The notes below the pieces were generated by a model that saw nothing but the letters and a program-made list of their open reading frames with translations, was not told where the DNA came from and did no database searches. Below, piece after piece: positions 1 through 12,602 of a DNA stretch of 64,000 nt (position 1 is its first letter; each line of letters opens with the position of its first letter). Source of the DNA: Hypanus sabinus (taxonomy: Eukaryota); assembly GCF_030144855.1 (NCBI RefSeq), contig NC_082712.1:18104001-18168000 (forward strand). Direction: 5' to 3'. Made by a program: the position numbers and the translations under genes.

Positions 1-850
1 ATTAACCTTTAGGGAATCCTACACAAAGACTCCCAAGTCCCTTTGCAACTCAGTTTTTTGTGTTTTCTTTCCATTTAGAAAATTGTCAACCTTTTCATTT
101 CTTCTGCCAAATTGCATGACTATACACTTCCCGACACTGTATTCTATCTGCCACTTCTTTGGCCATTTCCATAATTGTTCTGTCCTCCTGTAGCTCCTCA
201 AAACTACCTTCCCCTCAACTTAGCTTCATATCATCTGTAAACTTTTCAACAAAGCCATCAATTCCATCATCAGAATCATTGACATATAACATAAGAAGAA
301 TCAGTCCAAACACTGACCCCTGTGGAATACCACTAGTCACTTGCAGCCAGTCAGAAAAGGCTCCTTTGATTCTCATGCTTTGCCTCCTGGTTATCAGCCA
401 CTGCTTTATCCATGCTAGAGTCTTTCCTGTAATACCATGGACTCATAGTTTGTTAAGCAGCCTCATGTGTGGCACCTTGTCAAAGTCTTTCTGAAAATCC
501 AAGCACACAACATCAACTAATTCTCCTTTGTCTATTGTGCTTTTTATTTCTTCAAAGAATTCCAGCAGATTTGTCTGGCAAGCTTTTCCCTTGAGGAAAC
601 CGTGCTGGCTATGGCCTATATTATCATATGCTTACGAGTACCCTGAGACCTCATCCTTAATAATCGACTCCAACATCTTCCCAACCACTGAGGTCAGACT
701 AACCCGTCTATAGTTTCCTTTCTTCTGCCTCTCTCCATTCTTGAAGAGTGGAGTGGCATTTGCAATTTTCCAGTCTGCTTGAACCATTCCAAAAACCAGT
801 GATTCTTGAAAGATCATTACTAATGCCTCCACAATATTTTCATCCAGATC
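1..850 (-). mobile_element. CR1 LINE ORF2 (reverse transcriptase) fragment, degraded
   Basis: Minus-strand frames give WKIANATPLFKNGERQKKGNYRRVSLTSVVGKMLESIIKD and KWQIEYSVGKCIVMQFGRRN, typical of CR1 RT; frameshifts and stops present. Confidence 0.9.
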
Positions 851-1744
851 AAATCCTGGAGATTGATTTGGAAGTCCAGAGGTCAAAGTCCATTGATGGC
901 AGTCCAAATCTGTGAATCTTTGTGGGAAATTGTTAGAGTAACATTTCCATTGTAAAATATATGTGTAAATTTGACTTTCTGAAAAGTAGTAGACTTTTTG
1001 ATACTATTTGAATTTTTTTGGGGGCTAACTGGCCCAAAAATCCAAACTGGGGAAATTGAAGGCTCAGTGCCTGAGTCCATTGGAGGCTGATGATGGCCTC
1101 TCCCACAGTTAGATTTATGTGCATTTATGTGCATGAGTGGTTTGGTGGGAGGGGGAAACAGGGTTTGTTCTGCTGTTGCTTTGTCACGTGTTGTTTTCTG
1201 TTGTTGAGCATCGTGGACATGGTACATTAGCACTGGAATACGTGGCAACACTTGCGGGCTGTCACCAGCTCATCCTTCGGTGTGTTGGTTGTTAATGCAA
1301 GTGATAAATTTCACTGTACGTGTCTATGTACATGTGATAAATAAATCTGTCTCTGATCCTAGATTGAGAAAAGAGCAGAGATGACTCCTTTACTCATTTC
1401 ACCTTTTTAAATTACCTTGATTTTCTGTTGTCCCTACAAAAGTAGATGCTCACTTTTCTCATCTTCACCAAAATGAAAAGAAGTGCAGTCTTCAAACAAA
1501 ACTATTGCCGAATAATGTGCAAGTTGGCAAGAACTTGGTTGAGAATATTGTCATTCTACTCCTTCTTCCACTTGTCGTGATTCACGGAATTTGGCAGACC
1601 AACATCACCACCACCTACAGAGCAGGAGTGTGGAGCAGCCCACTAACCACACCCCCAAATATTATCAATATGTCAAATGCTTTTCAGAAAGTCAAATACA
1701 CACACATATACATTACTATGGCAACCTTACCCCAAAAAACTACC

Positions 1745-1965
1745 ATCTGGGAAACGGTACCACAGCATAAAGCCAGGACCAACAGGCTCCAAGATAGCTT
1801 CTTCCACCAGGCCATCAGACTGATTAATTCATGCTGACACAACTGTTACATTGTTGTACATACTAATTATTATAAATTGCTCTAAATTGCACATTGTACA
1901 TTTAGACAGAGACGTAATGTAAAGACTTTTACTCCTCATGTATATGAAGGATGTAAGTAATAGTC
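1745..1965 (+). mobile_element. Rex1/Babar LINE 3' end
   Basis: KARTNRLQDSFFHQAIRLIN matches the Rex1/Babar C-terminal motif; the same family occurs reversed at about 28910-29100. Confidence 0.75.
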
Positions 1966-3294
1966 CTTCATGTTAAACTGTGTCTGTCCCAAATATCTCA
2001 AATTAGCAATTAGATGTTTCCTTTGCCCCTCATAGGAACTGCATTCAATCAGATGGTATGCCACACCATTTCTTGACAAGTGCACTCCTCTCAAATGCCC
2101 GTATCATGCATATTAATTCTGAATAATTCAACCTAGTACGTCCAATACATAAAGATGTAAGTATAACAACTTCTATCCTTTTATACCCATCTCCCAGTTG
2201 AGTTCCCACCATCCTCTGAATTTAATATAAATATCAACCTTCCTTTTCCATAATCCATCTTTGTTGCTACAATGACCAAATAGACTTTTTGATTGCAGAT
2301 TTCATCTTCCCCTTATGCATAGGCACTACTGCATTTATATCTTTAACTTTCAGCGGCTGCTTAGCTGCAATGACATTCACCTTTTGATATGTGCAAATTA
2401 GTATTGTCAAAGACCGCAGGTGTGGTAATGGTTCATGTGCTAAATGGTTTAGTTAAAACTTGTTTGCCATTGTGATTAATCATGTGACAGTAAAAACCAG
2501 TCACATGATAGGGTGGGATGGTTTGACCATGTGTATAAAATGAGAGTTTGGGGTAGCAAGTTAATTCATTTGAACTGGTTTCTGATGTGGTGTTAAGAGT
2601 TAAAGTTGCATTGGCTGTTGTCAGGATGCTGGAGCAGCAGCAGGGATGTGAGTGCATGGTTTTGTTTTCTCTTGAGTTTGGTTTACTTTATCACTTGAGC
2701 AGACTTTGCCTTGAACTATTGTCGCGGTGGAATAATATCAAGGACAATTAGTGTCTAATGAAAGCAAAGCAGCATCTGCAGATTCTTCTATGGATGGACA
2801 TGAGGTGGGCAGGCATAGGTGATACACTTCCTCCACTGTTGTTTGTGGAGGTCTGTGTGTTTCTGAAGCTAAACCTGGATGTTCACATTTGATTACAATG
2901 ACTTTCAACACTATGAGCTTCCATCATCCAAGCATTTATAGAACTCAGTAAGGATGGTGCACTTTTTTTAAAGGTAAGCTTTATGTTCATTCTTGGCTCT
3001 TTTCTGTCTACTAGTCAAACTCTTCCTGTGACTAGATGTAGAACAGATGGGTTTGGTAATGAGGTATCAGCCATGTGAGTAATCAATTTGCCAGACCTGA
3101 AGTAAAATGTCAGTACTTGGGAATGTTGGTGAGTTCTGTGACAAGATGGTACCAACAACTAACGGCAATGATGTGGAAATCTACCCATAACCCTAAATTC
3201 TTTTGTAAATGTTATGTAACAAAATGGGGTATATGGAATTCCAAAGTGGTTTGCTAGTTTGGATGAAAAAAAACTTGAAGTATGTTAGTGTGTT

Positions 3295-4865
3295 CACCCT
3301 GGTCAAAATTTCTGTTATTGTGAATAGTTAAGTGAGTAGAAGATGAAGTGATCTCCAAAAGTTGTAAAGTTAAAGATGTCACATTCTTTTCAAAATCTTA
3401 AGCAAGGTTAGTGTATTATTTTTGTTTAGTACAATTTCAGAGTGGGGGGAGGGGAAGGAAAGGAGCACCATGTAAAAGTTAGGGCAAGAGATTTGAGCTC
3501 CTGGATAACTTTCACCATGATCTCAGACCTTAACTAGCTTATTAGGGCTATAGCTTGTTCAGTCATTGTTAGGAAAGGCCAGGTGATGCAAATTTCAAAG
3601 ATCTATAAATACCCTTGCTCTTCAAACCTTGTCCCAACAGTCAGCAGCCATGGGCTCCTCTAAGTAGCTGCCCAGCACTCTGGGAATTAAAATAAATAAT
3701 GCCCACAAAACAGAAGGCTATAAGAAGATAGCAAAGTGTTTTCAGGTATCTATTTCCTCAGTTCATAATGTGATTAAGACATGGCAGTTAACAGGAATGG
3801 TGGAGGTCTGGAAGACCGAGAAAACTACTCATAGGTTTGCTAGACAGATGAATCAAAACCCCTGTTTGACTACAAAAGACCTTCAGGAAGATTTAGCAGA
3901 CTCTGGAGTGGTGGTGCACTGTTCTACTGTGCAGCAACACCTGCACAAATATTATCTTCATGGAAGAGTCATCAGAGGAAAACCTTTCCTGCATTCTCAA
4001 CACAAAATTCAGTGTCAGAAGTTTGCAAAGGAACATCTAAATAAGCCTGATGCATTTTGGAAACGTGTCCAGTGGACTGATGAAGTTAAAATAGAACTTT
4101 TTTGCTGCAATGGGCAAAGGTGTATTTGGAGAAAAAAGGGTGCAGAATTTCATGAAAAAACCTCTCCAACTGTTGAACATGGGGGTGGATAGATCATGCT
4201 TTGGGCCTGTGTTGCAGTTAGTGGCATGGGGAACATTTCACTGTTGGAGGGAAGAATGAATTCAGTTAAATACCAGCAAATTCTGGAAGCAAATATCAGA
4301 CCATCTGTTTTTTTAAAAAAAAGTGAAAAGAGGACTGCTTCTACAACAGGATAATGATCCTGAACACCAAATCCACAGTGGACATCACATACCTCAATGG
4401 AAGTCCACATACCTCGAAGGTTTTGCCATGGCTCTCAGTCCCACAACCTAAACATCATCCAAAATCTGTGGATAGACCTCAAAAGAGCAGTGCATGCAAG
4501 ATGACCCAAGAATCTTGCAGAACTAGAAGCCTTTTACAAGGAAGAATAGGTGTCAATCCCCCAAACAAGAATTGAAAGACTCTTAGCTGGCTACAGAAAG
4601 TGTTTACAAGCTATGATACTTGCCAAAGGGGGGTGTTGCTAAGTACTGACCATGCAGGGTGCCCAAACTTTTGCTTTGGGCTCTTATCCTTATTTGTTAT
4701 GTTGTAACTGTAAAAGATGGAAATAAAAAAGTACTCTTGCTTAAATATTAAAGAAATGTGTCATCTTTAACTTCATGCCTTTTGGAAATATGGTCATCTT
4801 TTACTAGCTTAGCTATTCATATTAACAGAAATTTTGACTAGGGGTGCCCAAACGTTTGCATGCCA
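3295..4865 (+). mobile_element. Tc1-family DNA transposon, IR/DR type, near full length (~1.57 kb), inactive
   Basis: ~200 bp imperfect TIRs: left caccctggtcaaaatttctgtt at 3295, right aacagaaattttgactaggggtg at ~4823-4846. Direct repeats gggtgcccaaac(t/g)tttgc at ~4657 and ~4842, with an inverted copy at ~3469. Outermost ~20 nt of the left TIR is missing. Confidence 0.92.
3650..4648 (+). pseudogene. Tc1 transposase pseudogene
   Basis: ATG at 3650 (MGSSK*), NPCLTTKDLQEDL, FWKRVQWTDEVKIELF (first catalytic D), PTVEHGGG, QQDNDP-like second D, IQNLW, ending ..GVAKY*; multiple stops and frameshifts. Confidence 0.9.
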
Positions 4866-5531
4866 TCAAATGTTATATGGGAACAAACTATTTCTTTGAT
4901 GGTAGGCAATTGTTTTATGGCCAGAGGGGACACTGGATGACAGGGAACAGGATGGAACTTCAAAAGGTCAAATGTGTGGATGAGATGAGGATGAAGATAA
5001 CAGAAATATAATGTTAGCGAATGGAGTAACCTAATGCTCTTTGAGGAAAAGTTACAGAAGTACTTGGCTTTAAACAGATGATCAGAGCTATATCTCCAGA
5101 TGAAACTTGGCTGGGGGTGTACTTCTCCTTGCAAGTAAAATAATAAATGCATTAATACTGTGATCTACTCTGAATTTGTTGTTGTTTGCTTTATATTGGA
5201 AGACATGGCTGAATAGTACACAACAGAATGCTGAAGATAGTTCATGAAGCTACTTTGCTGGATACTTTGGTAAAACCAGAGGACTTGATACATAATATGG
5301 ACTGGACTGCTAATTTGGAGAATGTGAAGGGTAGGAGACTGTATTTCAAGATGGTCTTTGTGGTGTTCAGATGCAGCTGTCCTGTCACACTCTTGTTCCC
5401 CCAACCTGGAACATCTAAATGCCAACTGTTGTACTGGCCAAGAGATCTCCAATCTGATCCTGATCCGCTTACAAACTGCCAAAGGCCAATGTTAAGTAGG
5501 CACTGTGTTACCGCACAGGTATTTTTGTTTG

Positions 5532-5651
5532 CTGATGTTATCGGCCCAGAATGTCAGCTATTTATTCATTTGCATAGATGCTGCCTGACCTGAATTCCTC
5601 CAGTATTTTGTGTTGCTTTGGATTTCTAACATCTGCAGAATCTTTTGTTTG
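5532..5651 (+). mobile_element. Short Penelope-like terminal fragment with degenerate hammerhead
   Basis: Starts CTGATG..cggcccagaatgtc, then the family tail catagatgctgcctgacctg..catctgcag; ttttgtttg repeated at 5523-5531 and 5643-5651. Confidence 0.65.
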
Positions 5652-6499
5652 ATTAGCTGCCTATTGTGTTGCTTTCAAATTGTAGGGGAAGAACTGAGGG
5701 CTAATAAGTAGTAAGTGGAGATGTGATTATGCTAATGTGATAACGGGGAACCACAGACAAAGCCTAGAAGTAGCAACATGTAATGTAGTAATAATAATGT
5801 CCAAGGTTCAGAAACTTCATTAATCAGGTTATAATTGAGTTGTTATAATTCTTGTAATTGCCATAATTGAAAATTGGATTTACTGTTAGACCTGTGGACA
5901 ACTATTTTACTCCGTAATCATGACCTAGTCTGTTAATTGAGTCTTCATGTAGCCACAAGTCTGTTATCAAAATGTAGTTTCACTGGTAATCTCATCGACT
6001 GAGAATGTAATAGCTGTATCAAGTTTATGCTCACATAGATCAGCTTTGACTGGTCTCCTGCTGTGAACTAGTTTTTTTTTAAAAAAGAATATCACCTGTT
6101 ATTTTTCACACCACATCCATGTGATCTTTCAGTTTGCTCCTTCGCAAATCATTGCTGGGGTTCAGTCGGGCTTGCTTGAAGAATCTATGCCAAAGCATCA
6201 CCAACACATCCCCTGCAGCACTAGAGGGACCAATACGCTCGACCGCTGCTATATTCTGATTTAAAAATCCCTATGGTTCCATGCTTGGACCATATTTCAG
6301 GATATCAGATCACTCAGCTGTCCTCTTACTTGTGTAAGGCAGGGGCTAAAGATGAAGGCTCCAGAGATGGGCACAACGAAAGAGGGGTTACAGTAGGCAA
6401 GGAGCAGGCTATGGGATTACTGCAAGTCAATGGACTGGGCCGTGTTCAAGGACTCGTCAGAGGGTATCAGGGTTGTCACAGATTTCATAAATAGTTTCA

Positions 6500-6947
6500 G
6501 ATGAATGTGTCCCCACAAAATCATTCAGGGTCTTCCCCCAAACTGAAGTCCTGGATGAGTGATCTGATCCACAGACAGCTGAGGGCCAGGCCAGTGACAT
6601 TTCATGTCTAATGACTCAGTAAAATGCAAGAGATCCAGGGATGATCTCCAGAAATCCATCTCATTTGAAGAGGCAATTTGGGACTAAACGTGAATCATTG
6701 AACAGGCAGTGGCAGGGCTTGAATGCTCTCATCTCCTACAAGGTGAAACTAAGTGATGTAGTTACAACAATGCTTCCCTCCCAGATGAGCTCAATGTTTT
6801 TATGCTTGCCTTGGCTATTAAAACGGGAAACTTCACAAACTTCCATACCCCTGATCTTGTGATTTTAGTCTGTGCCTTTCAAGGGGGAATCCACTGAAAG
6901 CATCTGGCCCAGATGGGGTAGCTGACTGTACTAAAGACCTGTCCTGT
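6500..6947 (+). mobile_element. Rex1/Babar LINE fragment (region upstream of the RT)
   Basis: FPQTEVLD/NQKPW-like region, WQGLNALISYKVK; homologous to 16452-16920. Confidence 0.7.
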
Positions 6948-6956
6948 GTACCAGGA

Positions 6957-7207
6957 TTTATAGGCATTCGTTGGTCTTGTGAGGCCATGGATTTGCACCT
7001 TGGAAAGTTTCCAGGGCACAGGCCTGGGCAGGGTTGTATGGGAGACCGGCAGTTGCCCAAGCTGCAAGTCTCCCCTCTCCATGCCACCGATGTTGTCCAA
7101 GGCAAGGGCACTAGGAGCAGCGGTTTCATTGTGACAAAAACGTGCTCGAACCAGTGACCTTCAGATTACTAGTCCAATGCCTTATCCACTAGGCCACACA
7201 CCAACAC
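6957..7207 (-). mobile_element. tRNA-derived SINE with 9-bp TSD
   Basis: Minus-strand head GGTGTGTGGCCTAGTGGATAAGGCATTGGACTAGTAATCTGAAGGTCACTGGTTCGAG with A box TGGCCTAGTGG and B box GGTTCGAG; TSD gtaccagga at 6948-6956 and 7208-7216. Confidence 0.85.
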
Positions 7208-7694
7208 GTACCAGGAGTGGGATAATTCCAGGCCAGTTTAGAGGTTTTTGATTTTTTTTTGTATGCAGTATGATTTACAAAACCAATACAGTAGTGGCAG
7301 TTCTTTGGCACACATGTGCTTAACTACCAAACACATAGGCTAGACCTTGAAATGAGCTCTCCTTGCTCACGCTAATAGGCCAATTAAAGAACTTTGCAAT
7401 CACGCAATCCAGCGCTGATCAATTTACTTGTGAAAATCTTTCTTCATCAAACCTGGGAAAGCATTCAAATGCCGTCCTTTCTAGAACATGGCAACTCTTC
7501 ATTCAACTCCACCCAGGCAAAATGACATCACCGCTTTCTTGTAAAGGCACAGGTTGCTACTTTGGCATTACCAAGGCGAATACATAAGAGCACTTTAACA
7601 ATAGAAAAAATGATATTCAATGGTCACCTGGTTATAGCTGATCAACGGGCTGGAGTGCTCACCTCTTGTTTCGGCAGTCTGAGGCATTTGTGTG

Positions 7695-8290
7695 TGTTAT
7701 GTTTTGTAACTTCAAAGCATTAAACTATTTCAAAGGAAGGCACAGGAGTCTAGGAGTGTGTGTCTAACTTCGAGTTTACTTTAAACAAGTCGCGTGCATA
7801 TTGTGGTGGTGTGATATATGCAATTCATGTATTTTTACAGATGACCTGTAATGAATTATTGAAATGAACAAGAATGCTTAAATATACTGTTTGCAAGATT
7901 ATTCAAATATTACTTAAATATTAAATGCACAACACTCACTGCTTAGCTATAAAATCCAACTCAACAGAGAAAACATCTTGACTGTCCACTCTATAATACA
8001 ATGACTATACACACATCACAAATTTTAAGTTGTTCCATTTCAGGCCGAATGATTTGATCAGTGTGGAGGCTTTCTTTGTGGGATAACATCGTAGCTGACA
8101 AGGAAAGCTCGGCAGCTGAGACTTGCAGCTGCAAAGCAAACCCGGGTTCTGTGGTCTCCTCTGCGGTGGCTGTAGGGGTTGACTGAAGTTGCAGTTGGTG
8201 GCTCCGACGGCTCTGGGAACCTTTTCATTTTTCTAGTTTGAGAATCTTGATCTTGGGAAGGTGTATTGTGATTGATCCTTGAAGGTTTTT
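7695..8290 (-). mobile_element. Gypsy LTR retrotransposon remnant (LTR plus pol 3' end)
   Basis: TGTT...AACA-bounded ~240 bp AT-rich unit (7695-7934), followed by a minus-strand Pro/Glu-rich tail (PEPSEPPTAT) resembling a Gypsy integrase C-terminus; LTR end resembles ~43794-43815. Confidence 0.5.
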
Positions 8291-8869
8291 GCAAATAAAA
8301 CAGTGTTTTATGTTTAAGAAAAAAACCCGACACATTCTTATTTAACTCCAAAACCTAAACACAGTGTGCTTAAAAACCCTTAATATAATTACATGTCAGG
8401 TCCACCTCTTAAAGTGAACCCAACCAATTAACAGTGAGGATGCATTCCTCAGAAGTGGTGTGCTATGCAAATCAGTGCTATGGGGGCTCATTATATCATT
8501 ACATGGACACACGTGCCTCATTTTTTTTTAAATGAAACCTGTGATACATGGCATAATTTGATGTAATTTGTGGAGTAACAAACACAAATAGCCCTAACCT
8601 GTACACCATTGTGGCGGTGGAGGAAAGCGGGTACTGGTTACATTTTGCAGGCAGGGCAAGACTGTGGGTCCTCTAATTCTTCAAGTAGGCATTGAGATTT
8701 GGCCACCTTAAGTTTCCTCTTGAAGCAGTTCTTGGTAGCAGGAAGTCGCATCTCTTTGCTTTATTACAAACAGCTTTGCAAAGGGCTTCCTTGTTTGATT
8801 TCCAAGTCATTGGGTAGACTTGTCTTTAAAATGCCTTTCATTGCTCACGGGTGTTTCAGTGATACACAA

Positions 8870-9506
8870 GAGGCTTTAAAAAATGCAATCGAACAGATGG
8901 CAACGGGACTGAAGCCAGAAGAGTTAGAAATGTACTCACTAAATACTTTGACCCACAACTTACTGACTAAGTATACTCACTTTGCCCTGTCTTCCTTGCT
9001 TGTATGAAGGTGGTTTGCCTACTTATGCAAGTACTTCACTGGCAATAGATGTATAACAGCCTGATGTAACATTGTATGGAAATACAAGGTAACACTGATG
9101 CAGACATGTTTTACACACTTAACAAGGTGCTTTGTTAGTGCAACCGTCAGTTTTTCAATGTTTGTCGTCAGCTGGATCAATCTGTCTGAACTCCCTGTCA
9201 GTTGCCTCCGTACACTCCAGAATTTGTTTTTTAACTTTAGTTCTCCTGCATGAGAGTGAACAGCTGTCGGTCATTTGTAGTTTTTCTAGTCTAACTACAC
9301 AAATGTGCACTTTCACAGCAAGATTCAACACCAAACCTGTCGCTTGTTTTCAGTAGATGTGTCCTGTGCATGTGCAGTGGGAGGAGATTTGCTGAAATCT
9401 GGTTCAATGTGGACAGATATTTTTAAAAACGCATAGTGTGGATGCCTATCGTTTTTACGCAAAACCAGCATTTTCAAAATTATCCGGTCTAGTGTGGATG
9501 TAGCCT
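8870..9506. mobile_element. Probable PIF/Harbinger-type non-autonomous DNA element fragment
   Basis: Ends tagtgtggatgtagcct followed by TAA and has repeated gtgga subterminal motifs; left end not resolved. Confidence 0.35.
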
Positions 9507-9745
9507 TAAATTCCCCTTTAGCACTGCCTCCTAGCACAAGAGTTAACCAGTCCTTTGCAGCCTTGAACCCAGATGCATGTCTCTCTTGGGAGATAAAAGT
9601 ATGAGAGGGTGTTCCTTTCCAAAAGAGGCCTGTTTCATCCATGTTGAAGATTAGCTCAGCAGGACAGTCGTCCTTTTCGATTATGACCTTCAGTGTTGCA
9701 GGAAAATGCTGGGCTGCCTTTCTGTCAGCACTAGCCTTCTTCACT
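9507..9745 (-). mobile_element. pogo/Tigger transposase fragment
   Basis: LIFNMDETGLFWKGTPSHTFISQE..SGFKAAKDWLTLVLGGSAKGEFK is the pogo/Tigger DDE N-terminal motif (NxDETG). Confidence 0.88.
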
Positions 9746-9749
9746 GGTT

Positions 9750-9960
9750 ATGCAAGTTTTCAATATCTGTATATTATGATTTTTGTATTTGCAGAGGTTG
9801 TTCTCTTTTGCACATTGGTTATTTATCCATCCTGTTGGGTGCAGTTTTTCACTGACAACAATGTGTTTCTTGTATATACTATAAATGCCTGCAAGAAATG
9901 AATTCAGTGTGGTATATGGTGACATATGTACTTTTTTTACTTTGAACTTTTGAACTTTGA
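9750..9960 (+). repeat. Rex1/Babar-type 3' tail
   Basis: gtatatggtgacatatgtact..tttactttgaactttgaac tail shared with the ends at 12600, 21370 and 22630. Confidence 0.6.
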
Positions 9961-11029
9961 AACAAAGCATCATGATGAGAAATTGGTAGGTGACAATCAA
10001 TTGTATGAGGAGAGAAACAGAATGCACACTGAAAAAAGCGAACTTTCAGTCAATAGTAGAGTATGGATGAGAAAGAAAACAGTGTAGTCACTTAGGGTGG
10101 ACTCCAGACAATGAATATCAACTAAGTGTTGTATTTGTACTGGACGCCTCTTAATGGATATATTTACTATGCTTGTATCCAAGGCAGCTTGTTGCAGTTA
10201 TGAGCAAGTCTCTTGAGTTAGATCAGATTAAATATGAATTAATGAATCTTGTATTATCACTTCACCCCATGCATACAGCCATTTATTAGTTTTTACAAAC
10301 ATCAATTTTACTAAATTGAATTATATTGTATTAAAGTATCCTCCTTTCTCAATGAAGGAGGCATATCTCGAGACAGAGCTGGGAAAATCTTAGAATTATC
10401 ACAAGTTGCAATTAATAACATGGATTTAAATAGAGACAATGCAATCAAATGAAGGAGGGGTTTTAAAGTCCCTCAGGCTATGAAGACCACCATTTCTTTA
10501 CCATCCCCAATATAGTTGAAAATAGTTGCTAAATTTTAAGTTGTCAATGTGAATTGTGAGCATTTAAATTACTTGGTAACTAGTGACAATGGTCAAACAA
10601 CTATAAGAAGTTCTCCAGTATTTGAATTGTCGTTATTACCTTTTTGAGCTTGGGAAGGAAAATAAGCTGAAATAAATGATCTCCCAGCAGAGTCCTATTT
10701 GATTTCTTCACTGCACAAGGCCTGAAGCTAACAAGCAAAATCTAGATTTTAAAATGTACCAACCTTAAATGCATGAAGGGCAGAGACACTAGTGGGAATG
10801 CAGTAGAATGATAGCTGGTGTCTGACGGTTAATCTGCCACGCTCAGTGGAAGGTCAGTTTTGTAAGGATTTATATTGTTAATTGCAGGATGCACAAAAAC
10901 CAGAGTCACTGAGGGGTTTACTGATGGAAGGAACAAGGAAATAAGAAGGCATCATGTGGCATCAGTCAAGCAGTACTTGCATCCACAGTGAAGAGTTGAG
11001 AGATGTTTGTTTAAAAAATTTTATTTGAG

Positions 11030-11220
11030 ATAAAGCATGGAATAGGCCATTTGAGAAATTGCCACCCAGCAATTCCCTAATCATGGGACAACTTACAATG
11101 ACCAATTAATCTACAAGCAGTATAACTTTGGACTGTGGAAGGAAATCAGAACACCTGGAGAAAACCCATGCAGTCACAGGGAGAATGTACAAACTCTTTG
11201 CAGGCAGTGAAGGGAAATGG
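11030..11220 (-). mobile_element. V-SINE (HE1-like) fragment
   Basis: tttggactgtggaaggaaatcagaacacctggagaaaacccatgcagtcacagggagaatgtacaaactc is the reverse complement of the conserved V-domain. Confidence 0.75.
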
Positions 11221-11221
11221 G

Positions 11222-11762
11222 CCCAGGCCAAATTTGGAGTATTGTGTACAGTTCTGGTCATTGAATTATAGGAAAGGTATCTACAAAATAGAGTACAAAG
11301 AAGATTGACTAGAATGTTACCTGGGTTTCAGCACCTAAGTTAGAGAAAGATTGAACAAGTTGGGTCTTTATTCTTTGGAGCATAGAAGGTTGAGGGGGGG
11401 ACTTGATAGAGGTATTTAAAATAATGAGGGGGATAGATCGAGTTGATGTGAATAGGCTTTTTCCATTGAGAGTAGGGGAGATTCAAACAAGAGGACACGA
11501 GTTGAGAGTTAGGGGGCAAAAGTTTAAGGGTAACACAAGGAGGAATTTCTTTACTGAGTGGTAGCTGTGTGGAATGAGCTACCAGTAGATGTGGTTGAGG
11601 CAGGTTCAGTATTTACTTAAAGTAAAATTGGATTGGTATATGGATAGGAAAGGAATGGAGGGTTATGGGCTGAGTGCAGGCCAGTGGGACTAGGTGAGTG
11701 CAAGTGTTGGCACAGACTAGAAGGTCCAAGATGGCTTGTTTCTGTGTTGTAATTGTTATATA
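11222..11762 (+). mobile_element. CR1 LINE 3' end
   Basis: RPNLEYCVQFWS..RRLRGDLIEVFKIMRGIDR..TRGH, followed by CR1 3'UTR. Confidence 0.9.
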
Positions 11763-11924
11763 GTTGTATTGTCACTGTTGTGCTAACTACGTTACTGTAG
11801 TGATGAAGCACATCAAATGCCTGAAGCTGGATCCACTCCAATTTACTGACAGGTGAATAGCAAATGCCATTTCATTGGCTCTTCACCCAACCCTGGACAA
11901 CAAAGATGCATACCTCAGGATGCT

Positions 11925-12602
11925 CTTTATCACCACTGCTCAACATTCAATACTACCTTCCCCTCAATATCAACAATCCTCAAGACCTTAGCCTTAATAC
12001 CTCCTTGTGCAATTGGATTCTTAATTTCCTCACTTGCAGACTCTAGTCAGTTTGGATTGGCAATGACTTCTCCACAATCTCCATCAGCACAGGTACAACA
12101 CAAGGCTGTGTGCTCAGCCCCCTGCTCTATTTGCTTTCCCTTCTAACTAAGCAAAGCTCCAACACTACATTTAAGTTTGCCGACACCACCACTGTCATAG
12201 GCCTAATCAAAGTTGGTGGTGAATCAGCATACAGGAGCCTCAGGACCCCCACTACCAGGTTCAGGAAGAGTTATTACCCCTCAACCATCGGGCTCTTGAG
12301 AGGAGATGTCTTCACTCAACTTTATTTGACCCATCAAAGAACTGTTCCCATAAACAATGGACTCACTTTCAATGACTCTTCATCTCTTGTTATCTATTTA
12401 TTGATCATTTATTTATTAGTATTTTCCTCTTTCGTATTTGCACAGTTTGGTATATTTTGCACATGCTTTGTATGTCTTGCTGGGTATGGTATTTCATTGA
12501 TTTTTTTTTTATTTCTTGGATTTGCTGTGTATGCCTACAAGAAAACCAATATCAGTTGTATGTGGTATCATGTGTACTGTGACATGAAATTTACTTTGAA
12601 CT
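11925..12602 (+). mobile_element. Rex1/Babar LINE, internally deleted
   Basis: TSLCNWILNFLT, QGCVLSPLLY, FKFADTTT (YADD-like), joined directly to RTPTTRFRKSYYPSTIGLL and the 3' tail. Confidence 0.85.

Noticed and set aside
159-713. Plus-strand ORFs over CR1 (also 17464-17896, 26705-27076, 44173-44361)
   Set aside because: Antisense frames of CR1 reverse transcriptase, not genes.
7140-7205. Possible tRNA gene on the minus strand
   Set aside because: No complete T arm or acceptor stem after GGTTCGAG, and it sits within a TSD-flanked 251-bp insert, so it is a SINE head.
10250-10950. Repeat-free AT-rich stretches (also ~2000-3250 and 61000-61330) as possible conserved enhancers
   Set aside because: Nothing in the sequence alone supports function; cross-species alignment is needed.
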